Part shown: piece after piece, positions 1-9,351 of the stretch
Numbering within the stretch: the first letter of the stretch is position 1
Layout: each line of letters opens with the position of its first letter
Program-made: the position numbers and the translations under genes
Source of the DNA: Clostridia bacterium
Lineage (GTDB): Bacteria > Bacillota > Clostridia > Christensenellales > CAG-138
Assembly: GCA_017388175.1 (NCBI GenBank)
Contig: JAFOTD010000056.1
Location: forward strand, 7,756 to 71,755
Length of the DNA stretch: 64,000 bases
Direction: 5' to 3'
Notes under the pieces: model-generated
Databases searched by the model: none
What the model saw: the letters and a program-made list of their open reading frames with translations, nothing else
Told to the model about the DNA's origin: nothing

Positions 1-995
1 TCACTGCGATCCGCTATTTTTCCGGTTTCACCAGCGAAGATGCCAGCGTCATCATCACAAAGGACCGCAGCGTCCTTCTGACCGACTTCCGCTATACGAT
101 TCAGGCGAAGGCGCAGTCCGGCGACTGCTGTGAGATTCTGGAGGTTTCGGGTGCGGCGCACAACGAAGCGCTGAAGAAGATCATCGAAGACGGCGCTGTG
201 AAGCGCATGGGCTTTGAAGAGGACTACGTAAGCTTTCTGGGCTATCAGAAATACTCGGCCTTCGGGGCTGAGCTCGTGCCGTTTGCAAAAGAGCTTTCGC
301 TTCTCCGCATCAAAAAGTCGCAGGAGGAGATCGACAATCTGCAGAAGGCGCAGTCCATGGCGGATGAAGCGTTCATGGAGCTTTTAAAGGTCGTGAAGCC
401 CGGCATGACGGAACGCCGCGTTGCCGCGGAGCTCGAATATATCTGCGCAAAGCTCGGCAGCGAGGGCCCCTCGTTTGAAACGATTGTCGGCTCCGGTCCC
501 AACGGCGCCATGTGCCACGCGGTTCCGGGCGAAAGACAGCTTCAGGAAGGCGATCTCGTCGTCGTCGATTTCGGATGCCTGTATAACGGGTATCATTCCG
601 ACATGACGCGCACCTTTGCTGTGGGCAAGGTCGATCCGTTTGCGGAAGAGATTTATAACATTGTTCTCGAGGCGCAGACCCGCGCGCTTGATGCGCTGAA
701 GCCCGGCATCACGGGCAAGGAGCTCGACGCGATCGCGCGCGATTACATCACCGAAAAGGGGTACGGCGATTGCTTCGGTCACTCTCTGGGTCACGGTTTC
801 GGACTTCTGATTCATGAAGAACCCCGCGCGTCGGTCACGGGCGATACCGTGTTCGAAGAGGGCATGACGATCACCGTTGAGCCCGGCATTTACATTGAAG
901 ACAAGTTCGGCGTCCGCATCGAGGACTGCTGCGTGGTCACCAAAGACGGCAAGCTGAACTTTGCGCATGCACCGAAAACGTTGCAGCATATCTAA
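1..995 (+). CDS. Xaa-Pro aminopeptidase/dipeptidase (M24B family), 5'-truncated by the window edge
   Basis: Frame is open from base 3 (TAIRYFSGFTSED...LLTDFRYTIQA, creatinase-like N-terminus); M24 motifs DFG..Y.GYHSDMTRT, HSLGHGFGL.IHEEP, TVEPGIY, GVRIED; directly upstream of efp as is usual in Firmicutes. Confidence 0.9.
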   Translation, partial: TAIRYFSGFTSEDASVIITKDRSVLLTDFRYTIQAKAQSGDCCEILEVSGAAHNEALKKIIEDGAVKRMGFEEDYVSFLGYQKYSAFGAELVPFAKELSLLRIKKSQEEIDNLQKAQSMADEAFMELLKVVKPGMTERRVAAELEYICAKLGSEGPSFETIVGSGPNGAMCHAVPGERQLQEGDLVVVDFGCLYNGYHSDMTRTFAVGKVDPFAEEIYNIVLEAQTRALDALKPGITGKELDAIARDYITEKGYGDCFGHSLGHGFGLLIHEEPRASVTGDTVFEEGMTITVEPGIYIEDKFGVRIEDCCVVTKDGKLNFAHAPKTLQHI

Positions 996-1028
996 TACCA
1001 CAAGGAAACGAATTGGGAGGACTTACTT

Positions 1029-1586
1029 ATGATTATGGCAGGCGATTTCCGCAAGGGCGTGACGGTTGAGATTGACGGCGTGGTTTGGTCGATCTCCGAC
1101 TTCCAGCATGTTAAGCCGGGCAAGGGCGCGGCATTCGTGCGCACGAGACTCAAGAACGTGATGACCGGCGCAGTGCTGGAGCGTACCTTCAGCCCGACGG
1201 ACAAGTACCCGCTGGCGCACATCGAGACGAAGGATATGGAATATCTGTATTCCGACGGCGAGCTGTATTACTTCATGGACATCGAGACTTACGAGCAGAT
1301 CCCGCTGAACTATGAGCAGGTAGAGGACGCGATCGACTTTATCAAGGAGAACGATCAGGTCAAGATGCGCTTCTACAAGGGCAGCGCGTTCTCCGTGGAA
1401 GCGCCGAACTTCGTCGAGCTCAAGGTCACGGAGACCGAACCGGGCTTCAAGGGCGACACCGCTACCGGCACGACCAAGCCCGCAGTCCTTGAAACCGGAT
1501 ACCATATCGCGGTTCCGCTGTTCGTCAACGAGGGCGACGTGATCCGCATCGACACCAGAACCGGCGAATATATGTCCCGCGTATAA
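1029..1586 (+). CDS. efp: Elongation factor P
   Basis: [13 protein letters not shown] loop, [28 protein letters not shown]; GGGAGG RBS. Confidence 0.98.
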   Translation: MIMAGDFRKGVTVEIDGVVWSISDFQHVKPGKGAAFVRTRLKNVMTGAVLERTFSPTDKYPLAHIETKDMEYLYSDGELYYFMDIETYEQIPLNYEQVEDAIDFIKENDQVKMRFYKGSAFSVEAPNFVELKVTETEPGFKGDTATGTTKPAVLETGYHIAVPLFVNEGDVIRIDTRTGEYMSRV

Positions 1587-1616
1587 CGCAAAAATACTAC
1601 AATTCGGAGGTGCAGC

Positions 1617-2027
1617 ATGAGCAGAATTTCTGAGAAGGTCGCATATCTGGACGGGCTGATGGAAGGCCTCAACATCCACGAGGACAAGTACGCGAAGATC
1701 TTCACCGCGATCGTCGACACGCTCGACCTGATCGCCGAGGAGATGGCGGACCACGAGGACACGCTCGCGGATCTCGACGACAGCGTCGAAGAGATCTTCG
1801 AGAACCTCGACGAGTACGACGATTTTCTGTACGGCGACGAGGACGAGGATGAGGAAGAAGAGTTCGAAGACGACGATTTCTTCGAGATCGTCTGCCCAAA
1901 CTGCGGCGAGACCATCTATTTCGATCAGGACATGCTGGACAGACCGGACGGTCTCATCTGCCCGAACTGCAACGAGCCGATCGAGCTGCATATTCCGGAC
2001 GCAGATCCGGAGGAAACGGAAAAATAA
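1617..2027 (+). CDS. CD1247-like acidic zinc-ribbon protein
   Basis: N-terminal EKVAYLDGLMEGL helix, Asp/Glu-rich linker, two CPNC motifs; GGAGGTG RBS; immediately downstream of efp. Confidence 0.75.
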   Translation: MSRISEKVAYLDGLMEGLNIHEDKYAKIFTAIVDTLDLIAEEMADHEDTLADLDDSVEEIFENLDEYDDFLYGDEDEDEEEEFEDDDFFEIVCPNCGETIYFDQDMLDRPDGLICPNCNEPIELHIPDADPEETEK

Positions 2028-2042
2028 TCCCGCTTGAGAAAC

Positions 2043-2076
2043 AAAGCACGGTCGGTATCGGCTGTGCTTTTTTCTT
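2043..2076 (+). terminator. Rho-independent terminator of the pepP-efp-CD1247-like unit
   Basis: aaagcacggtcg-gtat-cggctgtgcttt hairpin followed by a T tract. Confidence 0.8.
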
Positions 2077-2097
2077 GATGGATCTTGAGATACGGAG

Positions 2098-2937
2098 GTG
2101 AAAACAATGATCCGAATACTGTCCGATCTCGGACCGTGCATGCCGTTCATCAACGGGATCAAGGACGATCCCGTTTATTCCGATCCGCATTTTTGTACAC
2201 CGGAACAGCAAAGAGCGAACTTGTTCGACACCGTCGGCAAAAAGGATTATCTTGCGCTCGGCGTTTTCCGGAACGAAGCGCTGATCGGGCTGTTCAACTT
2301 TGTGATCATCGAAGCGGAACGGTACGTCGAAATGCTGATCGGGTTTTCCCGCGCGTATGAGGCATACAAAGAGATCGCGGACTATCTTGCGGCGAACTAT
2401 GCGGGATTCCAGGCGGATTTCGTGTTCAATCCTCAGAACGATCTCATCATAAAGACGCTCGAAAAGCGCTGCGCTGCGTTCGATCCGGAGATGCAGAAAA
2501 TGGTTCTTACGGACGATCCGACGCAGATTGACACGGACGGGATCGTGCCGCTGTCCGATCCGTTCAAGGACGCGTATATCGCGCTGCACACAACGGATTG
2601 CTACTGGACCGGGGAGAAGGTTGCCGATGCGCCGGACATGTTTAACGCGTTTCTGGCGGTTGACGACGGCGTGGTTGTCGGCTATCTGGACATCACACAC
2701 TGCTTTGAAGAAAACGAGATCTATGATTTTAAAGTGAAAGAAGCATATCGCAGACAGGGCTGGGGGAGAAAGCTTCTGAAAAAGGCGATCGAATCCAATC
2801 GTTCGAAGGAAATGATGCTTTTTGTCGAGGTTGACAACATTCCCGCACTGCGGCTTTACGAATCTGCAGGCTTCCGGAAAGTCCCGGGACAGAACAGCCA
2901 AATGGCGACATGGAATATTCCGCCGATTTCCGAATAA
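2098..2937 (+). CDS. GNAT family N-acetyltransferase (C-terminal GNAT domain, unassigned N-terminal half)
   Basis: V.EAYRRQGWGRKLL acetyl-CoA motif A; N.PALRLYESAGF motif B; GGAG upstream of the GTG/ATG start. Confidence 0.85.
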   Translation: MKTMIRILSDLGPCMPFINGIKDDPVYSDPHFCTPEQQRANLFDTVGKKDYLALGVFRNEALIGLFNFVIIEAERYVEMLIGFSRAYEAYKEIADYLAANYAGFQADFVFNPQNDLIIKTLEKRCAAFDPEMQKMVLTDDPTQIDTDGIVPLSDPFKDAYIALHTTDCYWTGEKVADAPDMFNAFLAVDDGVVVGYLDITHCFEENEIYDFKVKEAYRRQGWGRKLLKKAIESNRSKEMMLFVEVDNIPALRLYESAGFRKVPGQNSQMATWNIPPISE

Positions 2938-3073
2938 ATTTACAGTCTATTCATATTGTGCCCGTTTGAAACGGGTCCGGAATGCTTTACAAAATTTATT
3001 CGAAGGGGTAAAATAATCACAAGCGGAGCATGCATATGCGCGGTTGACCGCGATGCGTTCCGCTTGTATATGT

Positions 3074-3976
3074 ATGATGGAAACAGCAAGAAAAATATGC
3101 AGACGCTTACATGCGTATCTCCGCCTCGGACGGTATGAGGGAACGGTGCATGCCGTCTATCCGGACGCGGTTTATTGCAATACGACGATCGGCATGGTGG
3201 GGATTCTCACAAACGCGCATTGTCTTTCTCCGTTCTCGGCGGTTGTGCCTTCCACAAAGCCTTTGACACGATTCGGCATCGAAGAAGGACAGCAGGTACT
3301 TCTCGGCGAAGAGCGGATCGAGATCCCGCAGTGTGAGTTTTCGGTCGATCTTTCGCTCGGCACCGATTACGATCTTTCGCTCCAGTCGATGCAGGCGATC
3401 TTTCTGCCCGCAGACTATGATATCCGTCTCCGGCATGTTTTGCATGCGGTCGAGACAAACGCGAAGGAGGACGATCTCGGGCCGCTTTTGACCGATGCGA
3501 AGCCGAATCAGTATTCGGAACTCGTTAAACCGCTTTTGCCCGAGCTGCACGCTGCGTTTCGCGATCAAAACCCGCAGGGGTGCGAAGCATCCGCATCTAA
3601 GATCGCGGGGATCGGCGTCGGGCTGATTCCCTCTGCGGACCGGCTTTTGTGCGGCTATATGGCGGGCTATTCGGCGCTTTCCGCCGCGCTCGGACGAAAC
3701 TACAACCGCGTACTCGAAATGACCCGCGCGCTCGCCGGAGCGTCCGCCGCGAATACGACCGATCTTTCCGCCGCATTTCTTTTGCAGGGCGGAGAGGGAC
3801 TCGTTTCGGAGGATCTGTTCGTCCTGCTGAGAAACGTTTTCTCTGACGCGCCGTATTCCGTGCTCGTCGCAACGGCCAACCGCATTGCGGCTCTTCCTTT
3901 GGGCGGCGGCGCGGATATGCTCGTCGGCGTGCATCTGGCCCTTTCCAGACTGTATGCGGAGAATCCTGTCGATTGA
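3074..3976 (+). CDS. DUF2877 (AllH/YlbF-like) protein, divergent
   Basis: G.VHAVY near the N-terminus; IAGIGVGLIPSAD resembles the DUF2877 G.G.GLTPSGDD motif; TT.LS..FL; GG.DML.G at the C-terminus. Start uncertain (3044/3074/3077). Confidence 0.6.
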   Translation: MMETARKICRRLHAYLRLGRYEGTVHAVYPDAVYCNTTIGMVGILTNAHCLSPFSAVVPSTKPLTRFGIEEGQQVLLGEERIEIPQCEFSVDLSLGTDYDLSLQSMQAIFLPADYDIRLRHVLHAVETNAKEDDLGPLLTDAKPNQYSELVKPLLPELHAAFRDQNPQGCEASASKIAGIGVGLIPSADRLLCGYMAGYSALSAALGRNYNRVLEMTRALAGASAANTTDLSAAFLLQGGEGLVSEDLFVLLRNVFSDAPYSVLVATANRIAALPLGGGADMLVGVHLALSRLYAENPVD

Positions 3977-3985
3977 TTTTTGCGG

Positions 3986-4015
3986 AATGCCTCCTTCAAC
4001 GGAAGGGGGCATTTT
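3986..4015 (+). terminator. Hairpin terminator
   Basis: aatgcctccttc-aacg-gaagggggcatt followed by tt. Confidence 0.7.
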
Positions 4016-4021
4016 CTATGC

Positions 4022-4050
4022 TTGCAAACGCTGTCGAAACCCGCTAAAAT
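4022..4050 (+). promoter_or_regulatory. SigA-type promoter of the S9 peptidase
   Basis: TTGCAA-17 nt-TAAAAT. Confidence 0.7.
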
Positions 4051-4079
4051 AGAAGAATCAGAAGTAAAGGAGATGTGTT

Positions 4080-6077
4080 ATGGAATCCATCGGCATCAAA
4101 GATTTTCTGAACTATAAGTATCTGTCAAACGTGAAATATGCGCCGGACGGGAAGCGCGCCGCGTTCATTGTCAGCAACTGCAGCGAGGAGGAAAACTGCT
4201 ACGAAAGCCGTCTGTGGCTGTATGACGGCGCCTTCCGTCAGCTGACCGATCTCGGCAAGGAGGCACGGTACTTCTGGGAGGATGAAAACACGATCCTATT
4301 CCCTGCGGTACGCTCCGCTTCCGAAAAGAAGCGCGCCGAAAAGAAGGAGCAGTTCACAAGCTTCTACCGCTTGCGTCTGTCCGGCGGCGAAGCGATCCAT
4401 GCGTTTACGCTGCCGTTTTCCGCGGGATGGATCAAAAAACTGCCGAACGGCTCGTACGTCGTACTCGGCACGATCGACGCGAACGAGCCGGATTACTATT
4501 GTATGAACAAAGACGACCGCGAAAAGGTCGAAAAAGGCTATGCGGACGATGCGGACTACGAGGTGTTCGACGAGCTGCCGTATTGGATGAACGGCGGCGG
4601 CGTCATCAACAAGACCCGCAACGCGCTGTTTCTCGTCTCTGCCGACGCAAAGGACGTGAAGCGCGTAACGGAACCGTTCTTCTCAGTCGATTCGATCGAG
4701 ACGATCGGCGATCTTGTGTATTTCCTCGGCGACTCCTATACCGCCCGCCTCGATCTGACCCATCCGAAACTCCATGTTCTGGACGGCGCAAGGGGCGAGG
4801 TTCGACTGATCCATGCATACGAAGGGCTGTATGTCGACCGCATCAAGGCGGTCGGTGAAAAGCTTCTTTTGATGGCGAGCGAGGGCAAGGATATCGGGCT
4901 CAACGAAAACAGCGACTTTTATCTTGTGGATCGCGAGACCGGGGAGCTTACGATGCTCCTTGAAAACACGGAAAGCCTTTGGAATTCGGTCGGATCCGAC
5001 GTGCGTCACGGCGGTGGGGAAAGCATGATCGGAACGAACGACCGCCTGTATTACATCACCACGCGTGCTGAGAGCTCGCATTTGTACGCTTTGGACATGC
5101 AGGGGAACAATGTTCCGATTGCAACGGAAACCGGCTCCATCGACGCTGTAGCGATTCATCCGGACAATGACGAAGCACTGCTGATCTCGCTCTATGACGG
5201 ATCCCTGCAGGAGCTGTACGCGAAGAATCTCAAAACCGGCGAACTCAAAAAGCTCTCGCGTTTCAACGATGAAATGCTGAAGGACAAGTACGTCGCAAAG
5301 TGCGAGCCTGTATCGGTCGAGAGCGAAGGCTGGACGATCCAAGGCTGGGTGCTGAAGCCCAAAGATTACGACCCCGAAAAGAAATACCCTGCGGTGTTCG
5401 ACATCCACGGCGGACCGAAGACGGTGTACGGAACCGTGTTCTATCACGAGATGCAGCTTTGGGCAGGCATGGGATACTTTGTGTTCTTCTGCAACCCGAA
5501 GGGTTCGGACGGCAGGGGAGACGTCTTTGCCGACATCATGGGACACTACGGCGAAACGGACTACAAAAACCTCATGGACTTTGCGGATGAGGTTTTGCGC
5601 CGCTATCCCGCGATCGACCCGAACCGTGTCTGTGAGACGGGCGGCAGCTACGGCGGATTCATGACGAACTGGATCATCGGGCACACCGACCGGTTCTGCG
5701 CGTGCGCGTCGCAGCGCTCCATCTCGAACTGGCTGAGCTTCAACGGCATTTCCGACATCGGCTACTATTTTGTCGGCGATCAGAACAAGGCCGATTTCTA
5801 TACCGACCATGAAAAGCTCTGGGATCACAGCCCGCTGAAATACGCAAAGAACGTGAAAACGCCGACGCTGTTCATCCACTCGGACGAGGACTATCGCTGT
5901 CCGATCGATCAGGGCTTGCAGATGTACGCGGCGTTGGTCGACCGCGGAATTCCGGCACGAATCTGCGTTTTCCACGGCGAAAACCACGAGCTATCCCGCT
6001 CCGGAAAGCCGCTGCACCGCATCCGCCGCCTTACGGAGATCACGAACTGGTTTGAGAAGTACGCGAAAGAAAATTGA
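4080..6077 (+). CDS. S9 family (acylaminoacyl/prolyl oligo-) peptidase
   Basis: DIHGGP, GGSYGG nucleophile elbow, D-YRCP, ENHELSRSG catalytic His; beta-propeller-length N-terminus; AAGGAG RBS. Confidence 0.93.
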   Translation: MESIGIKDFLNYKYLSNVKYAPDGKRAAFIVSNCSEEENCYESRLWLYDGAFRQLTDLGKEARYFWEDENTILFPAVRSASEKKRAEKKEQFTSFYRLRLSGGEAIHAFTLPFSAGWIKKLPNGSYVVLGTIDANEPDYYCMNKDDREKVEKGYADDADYEVFDELPYWMNGGGVINKTRNALFLVSADAKDVKRVTEPFFSVDSIETIGDLVYFLGDSYTARLDLTHPKLHVLDGARGEVRLIHAYEGLYVDRIKAVGEKLLLMASEGKDIGLNENSDFYLVDRETGELTMLLENTESLWNSVGSDVRHGGGESMIGTNDRLYYITTRAESSHLYALDMQGNNVPIATETGSIDAVAIHPDNDEALLISLYDGSLQELYAKNLKTGELKKLSRFNDEMLKDKYVAKCEPVSVESEGWTIQGWVLKPKDYDPEKKYPAVFDIHGGPKTVYGTVFYHEMQLWAGMGYFVFFCNPKGSDGRGDVFADIMGHYGETDYKNLMDFADEVLRRYPAIDPNRVCETGGSYGGFMTNWIIGHTDRFCACASQRSISNWLSFNGISDIGYYFVGDQNKADFYTDHEKLWDHSPLKYAKNVKTPTLFIHSDEDYRCPIDQGLQMYAALVDRGIPARICVFHGENHELSRSGKPLHRIRRLTEITNWFEKYAKEN

Positions 6078-6083
6078 ACGACA

Positions 6084-6112
6084 GAAAAAGCGCCCGAGCG
6101 GGCGCTTTTTTC
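6084..6112. terminator. Bidirectional terminator between the convergent S9 peptidase and rmuC
   Basis: gaaaaagcgcccg-ag-cgggcgctttttt with A and T tracts on both sides. Confidence 0.85.
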
Positions 6113-6122
6113 ATGGCTATTA

Positions 6123-7493
6123 TTAATTGTCCAGAAGCCTGCTCGCTTCCGGTGCGTCGAGACGTTCGACGTCGCGAAGCTTGCGGTTGATTGCGCGGGT
6201 GCGAACGCCGATCAGGTTATCGAGCTCGGCGTTGGCAAGCTGAAGCTGCTTCTGCGATTTCTGCAGCCCTTCGCCGAACTTTTCGAATTCCGTTTTGACC
6301 GCGCCGAGGATCTGCCATACCTCGCCGGAACGCTTCTGGATCGCAAGCGTTCGAAAGCCCATCTGAAGACTGTTCAAGAATGCGGCCATCGTGCTCGGAC
6401 CGGTCACGTTGATGCGGTACGTGCGCTGCAGCTCTTCGATGAGTCCGCGGTTGACCGCTTCGGCATACAAACCTTCGAACGGCAGGAACAGAATGCCGAA
6501 ATCGGTCGTGTGCGGCGGGTCGATGTACTTGTCGCGAATGTCCTTTGCTTCGGCCTTCAGGCGGATCTCAAGCATCTTCGCCGCCTGCGCGATCGCGTCC
6601 GGATCGCCCTTTTCGTACGCGTCCTGCAGGCTTGCGAACGTTTCGCCGGGGAACTTCGCGTCGACGGGCAGCAGGACCGGCGTTTCGCCGTCGCCGGGAA
6701 GTTTGATCGCATACTCAACGCGGTCGCGCGAGCCGGGCTTCGTTGCGATATCGGTTTCGTACTGCTCAGGAGAAAGGATCTCGGAAAGGATGGCGGAAAG
6801 CTGCGTTTCGCCCAGGATCCCGCGCGTTTTGACGTTACTGAGCACTTTCTTGAGATCGGTCACGCCGGCCGCGACAGCCTGCATTTCGCCGAGACCTTTA
6901 TAGACTTGTTCGAGCTGATTGGAGACCAGCTTGAACGATTCCGATATGCGCGATTCCAGCGTCTTTTCGAGCTTTTCATCGACGACCTTCTGCATCTTTT
7001 CGAGCTTGTCCGCGTTCTCGGTCTGGATGGAGGAGAGGCGGCGCTCCATCGTCTGCCGGACCGCTTCCAGTTTGTCCTCATTCGACTTTTCGAGCGAGGA
7101 AATGCGCGTTTCCATCGTCGCGCGGACGGCTTCCATCTTTTGCTCGCTTGCGGTTCCGAACGCGGAAAGCCGCGTCTCCATTGTCTGACGGATGCCTTCC
7201 ATCTTTTGCTCGCTGGATTGTTCGAGATTGGACAGCCGATCCTCCTGCGATTTTCTGAGCCGCTCAAAGTCCAGCGCGGTGCTCTTTTCCATGCTGCTGA
7301 GCCGCTGATCCTGCGAAGCTGACGCGGCGCGCTGGTTGTCGGAAATGGTCTTTCCGAACGCCTGCAGACTGTTGCTGATCTCCATGCGCAGCTCGGACTG
7401 ACCGTCCTTTTTCATCGAAAGAATGTGGATGAACAGAATGACGACCAGGATCAGAAATGAAATGCCGGATAAAATCAATGCGGCAATCTCCAT
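6123..7493 (-). CDS. rmuC: DNA recombination protein RmuC
   Basis: N-terminal TM helix, long coiled coil, NVKTRGILGE, P.DAKFP, PP.TTDF.ILFLP.EGLYAE, GFRTLAIQKRS; GGAGGTG RBS before ATG at 7493. Confidence 0.92.
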   Translation of the reverse strand: MEIAALILSGISFLILVVILFIHILSMKKDGQSELRMEISNSLQAFGKTISDNQRAASASQDQRLSSMEKSTALDFERLRKSQEDRLSNLEQSSEQKMEGIRQTMETRLSAFGTASEQKMEAVRATMETRISSLEKSNEDKLEAVRQTMERRLSSIQTENADKLEKMQKVVDEKLEKTLESRISESFKLVSNQLEQVYKGLGEMQAVAAGVTDLKKVLSNVKTRGILGETQLSAILSEILSPEQYETDIATKPGSRDRVEYAIKLPGDGETPVLLPVDAKFPGETFASLQDAYEKGDPDAIAQAAKMLEIRLKAEAKDIRDKYIDPPHTTDFGILFLPFEGLYAEAVNRGLIEELQRTYRINVTGPSTMAAFLNSLQMGFRTLAIQKRSGEVWQILGAVKTEFEKFGEGLQKSQKQLQLANAELDNLIGVRTRAINRKLRDVERLDAPEASRLLDN

Positions 7494-7530
7494 AGGGGCA
7501 CCTCCGATGCGAAGAATCACGTTTTCCTGT

Positions 7531-7581
7531 ATTATAACACGGAATTACCGTCTTGCGAAGAGTCATTTAACATGATATACT
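7531..7581. promoter_or_regulatory. Back-to-back SigA-type promoters (rmuC on -, GGGtGRT operon on +)
   Basis: + strand TTGCGA(7553)-17 nt-TATACT(7576); - strand TTCGCA-17 nt-TATAAT (7559..7531) with extended TG. Confidence 0.7.
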
Positions 7582-7639
7582 ATTATAAAATCCGGGACTG
7601 CGGTTTATCGCGCCGGAATGAGAAGGAGGATAAATATCC

Positions 7640-8332
7640 ATGCAGTATTCCCGCGACGTGGAAGAAATGGTATGCGTCAAAAAAGGCGCGAAGCATGAAC
7701 CTGCTCCGATCCCCGAAGAGGGCAAGTGGGTCAAAGCAAAAGAAATCAAGGACATCAGCGGTCTGACGCACGGCATCGGCTGGTGCGCGCCGCAGCAGGG
7801 CGCGTGCAAGCTCACGCTGAACATCAAGGAAGGCGTCATCGAAGAAGCGCTCGTTGAAACGCTCGGCTGCTCCGGCATGACGCATTCCGCGGCAATGGCG
7901 GCGGAGATCCTGCCCGGCAAGACCATTCTCGAAGCACTGAACAGCGACCTCGTGTGCGACGCGATCAACACGGCGATGCGCGAGCTCTTCCTGCAGATCG
8001 TTTACGGCAGAAGCCAGAGCGCGTTTTCCGACGACGGCCTGACCATCGGCGCTGGGCTTGAAGACCTCGGCAAGGGCCTTCGCTCGCAGATCGGCACGAT
8101 GTACGGCACCAAGGCGAAGGGCCCGAGATATCTCGAGATGGCGGAAGGCTACGTCCTGAAGATCGGTCTCGACGAAGAGGGCGAAATCATCGGCTACCAG
8201 TTCGTGAGCCTCGGCAAGATGATGGACGCGATCAAGAAGGGCATGGACCCGAAGGAAGCGTTCGAGAAGAACATCGGGACCTACGGCAGATTCGCAACCG
8301 CCGCAAAGGTCATCGACCCGCGTAAGGAATAA
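7640..8332 (+). CDS. IscU/NifU-N-like Cys protein (GGGtGRT-associated)
   Basis: GWCAPQQGACKLTLNIKEGVIEEALVETLGCSGMTHSAAMAAEILPGKTILEAL...LVCDAIN follows the IscU pattern (C..KL.I....I.DA.F.T.GC.....S.....E...GK...EA); AAGGAGG RBS. Confidence 0.8.
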   Translation: MQYSRDVEEMVCVKKGAKHEPAPIPEEGKWVKAKEIKDISGLTHGIGWCAPQQGACKLTLNIKEGVIEEALVETLGCSGMTHSAAMAAEILPGKTILEALNSDLVCDAINTAMRELFLQIVYGRSQSAFSDDGLTIGAGLEDLGKGLRSQIGTMYGTKAKGPRYLEMAEGYVLKIGLDEEGEIIGYQFVSLGKMMDAIKKGMDPKEAFEKNIGTYGRFATAAKVIDPRKE

Positions 8333-8344
8333 CGGAGGTGCCGC

Positions 8345-9340
8345 ATGATTACGTTTGAAGGTTTTGAAAGAAGAATCGACAAGATCACGAAGGTGCTGAA
8401 CGAATACGGCATCAAGGATCTCGAAGAAGCAAAGGCGATCTGCGACGCGCACGGCGTCGATCCGTACGGTATCGTAAAGGGCATTCAGCCCATCGCGTTC
8501 GAGAACGCGGGCTGGGCATACACCGTCGGCGCGGCGATCGCGTTCAAAAAGGGCGTGAAGGACGCGGCGGAAGCGGCGGAGGCGATCGGCATCGGTCTGC
8601 AGTCGTTCTGCATTCCGGGTTCCGTTGCGGATCAGCGCAAAGTGGGCTTGGGCCACGGCAATCTCGGCGCGATGCTTCTTCGTGAGGAGACGAGCTGCTT
8701 TGCGTTCTTGGCGGGCCACGAGTCCTTCGCGGCGGCGGAAGGCGCGATCGGCATCGCGAGAACCGCGAACAAGGTCCGCACGAAGCCCTTGCAGGTCATC
8801 CTGAACGGTCTCGGCAAGGACGCGGCGTATATCATCTCCCGCATCAACGGATTCACTTACGTCGAGACGGAATACGATTACTATACCGGCGAACTCAAGG
8901 TCGTGTACACCAAGGCGTTTTCCGACGGCGAGCGCGCAAAGGTTCGCTGCTACGGCGCGGATGACGTCAACGAAGGCGTCGCGATCATGCGTCACGAGAA
9001 CGTCGACGTTTCCATCACGGGCAACTCGACGAACCCGACGCGCTTCCAGCATCCGGTCGCGGGCACCTATAAGAAATGGTGCAACGAGAACGGCAAGAAG
9101 TACTTCTCCGTCGCGTCCGGCGGCGGCACGGGCAGAACGCTGCATCCCGACAACATGGCGGCAGGTCCGGCTTCCTACGGCATGACGGACACGATGGGTC
9201 GTATGCACAGCGACGCGCAGTTTGCGGGCTCCAGCTCCGTTCCGGCGCACGTCGAGATGATGGGTCTCATCGGCATGGGCAATAACCCGATGGTCGGCGC
9301 AACGGTAGCAGTCGCGGTCGCGATCGCGCAGGCGCTGTAA
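8345..9340 (+). CDS. GGGtGRT family protein (function unknown)
   Basis: Literal SGGGTGRTLHPDNM signature, about 330 aa, GGAGGTG RBS. Confidence 0.92.
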   Translation: MITFEGFERRIDKITKVLNEYGIKDLEEAKAICDAHGVDPYGIVKGIQPIAFENAGWAYTVGAAIAFKKGVKDAAEAAEAIGIGLQSFCIPGSVADQRKVGLGHGNLGAMLLREETSCFAFLAGHESFAAAEGAIGIARTANKVRTKPLQVILNGLGKDAAYIISRINGFTYVETEYDYYTGELKVVYTKAFSDGERAKVRCYGADDVNEGVAIMRHENVDVSITGNSTNPTRFQHPVAGTYKKWCNENGKKYFSVASGGGTGRTLHPDNMAAGPASYGMTDTMGRMHSDAQFAGSSSVPAHVEMMGLIGMGNNPMVGATVAVAVAIAQAL

Positions 9341-9351
9341 GAGAGAATGAC

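Noticed and set aside
1023-2162. 379-aa antisense ORF over efp/CD1247, and similar shadows over the S9 peptidase, phoH and the LRR gene
   Set aside because: Antisense shadows of biased genes with no recognisable domains.
4032-4038. TGTCGAA Spo0A box in the S9 peptidase promoter spacer
   Set aside because: A single 7-mer is expected by chance several times in 64 kb, and there is no supporting context.
6960-7290. Quasi-repeats in rmuC (EQKME..R.TME.RLS)
   Set aside because: Coiled-coil repeat expansion, which is common in RmuC N-termini.
7583-9250. 555-aa antisense ORF spanning the GGGtGRT operon
   Set aside because: Same shadow-ORF effect; the two sense genes happen to be in the same frame.
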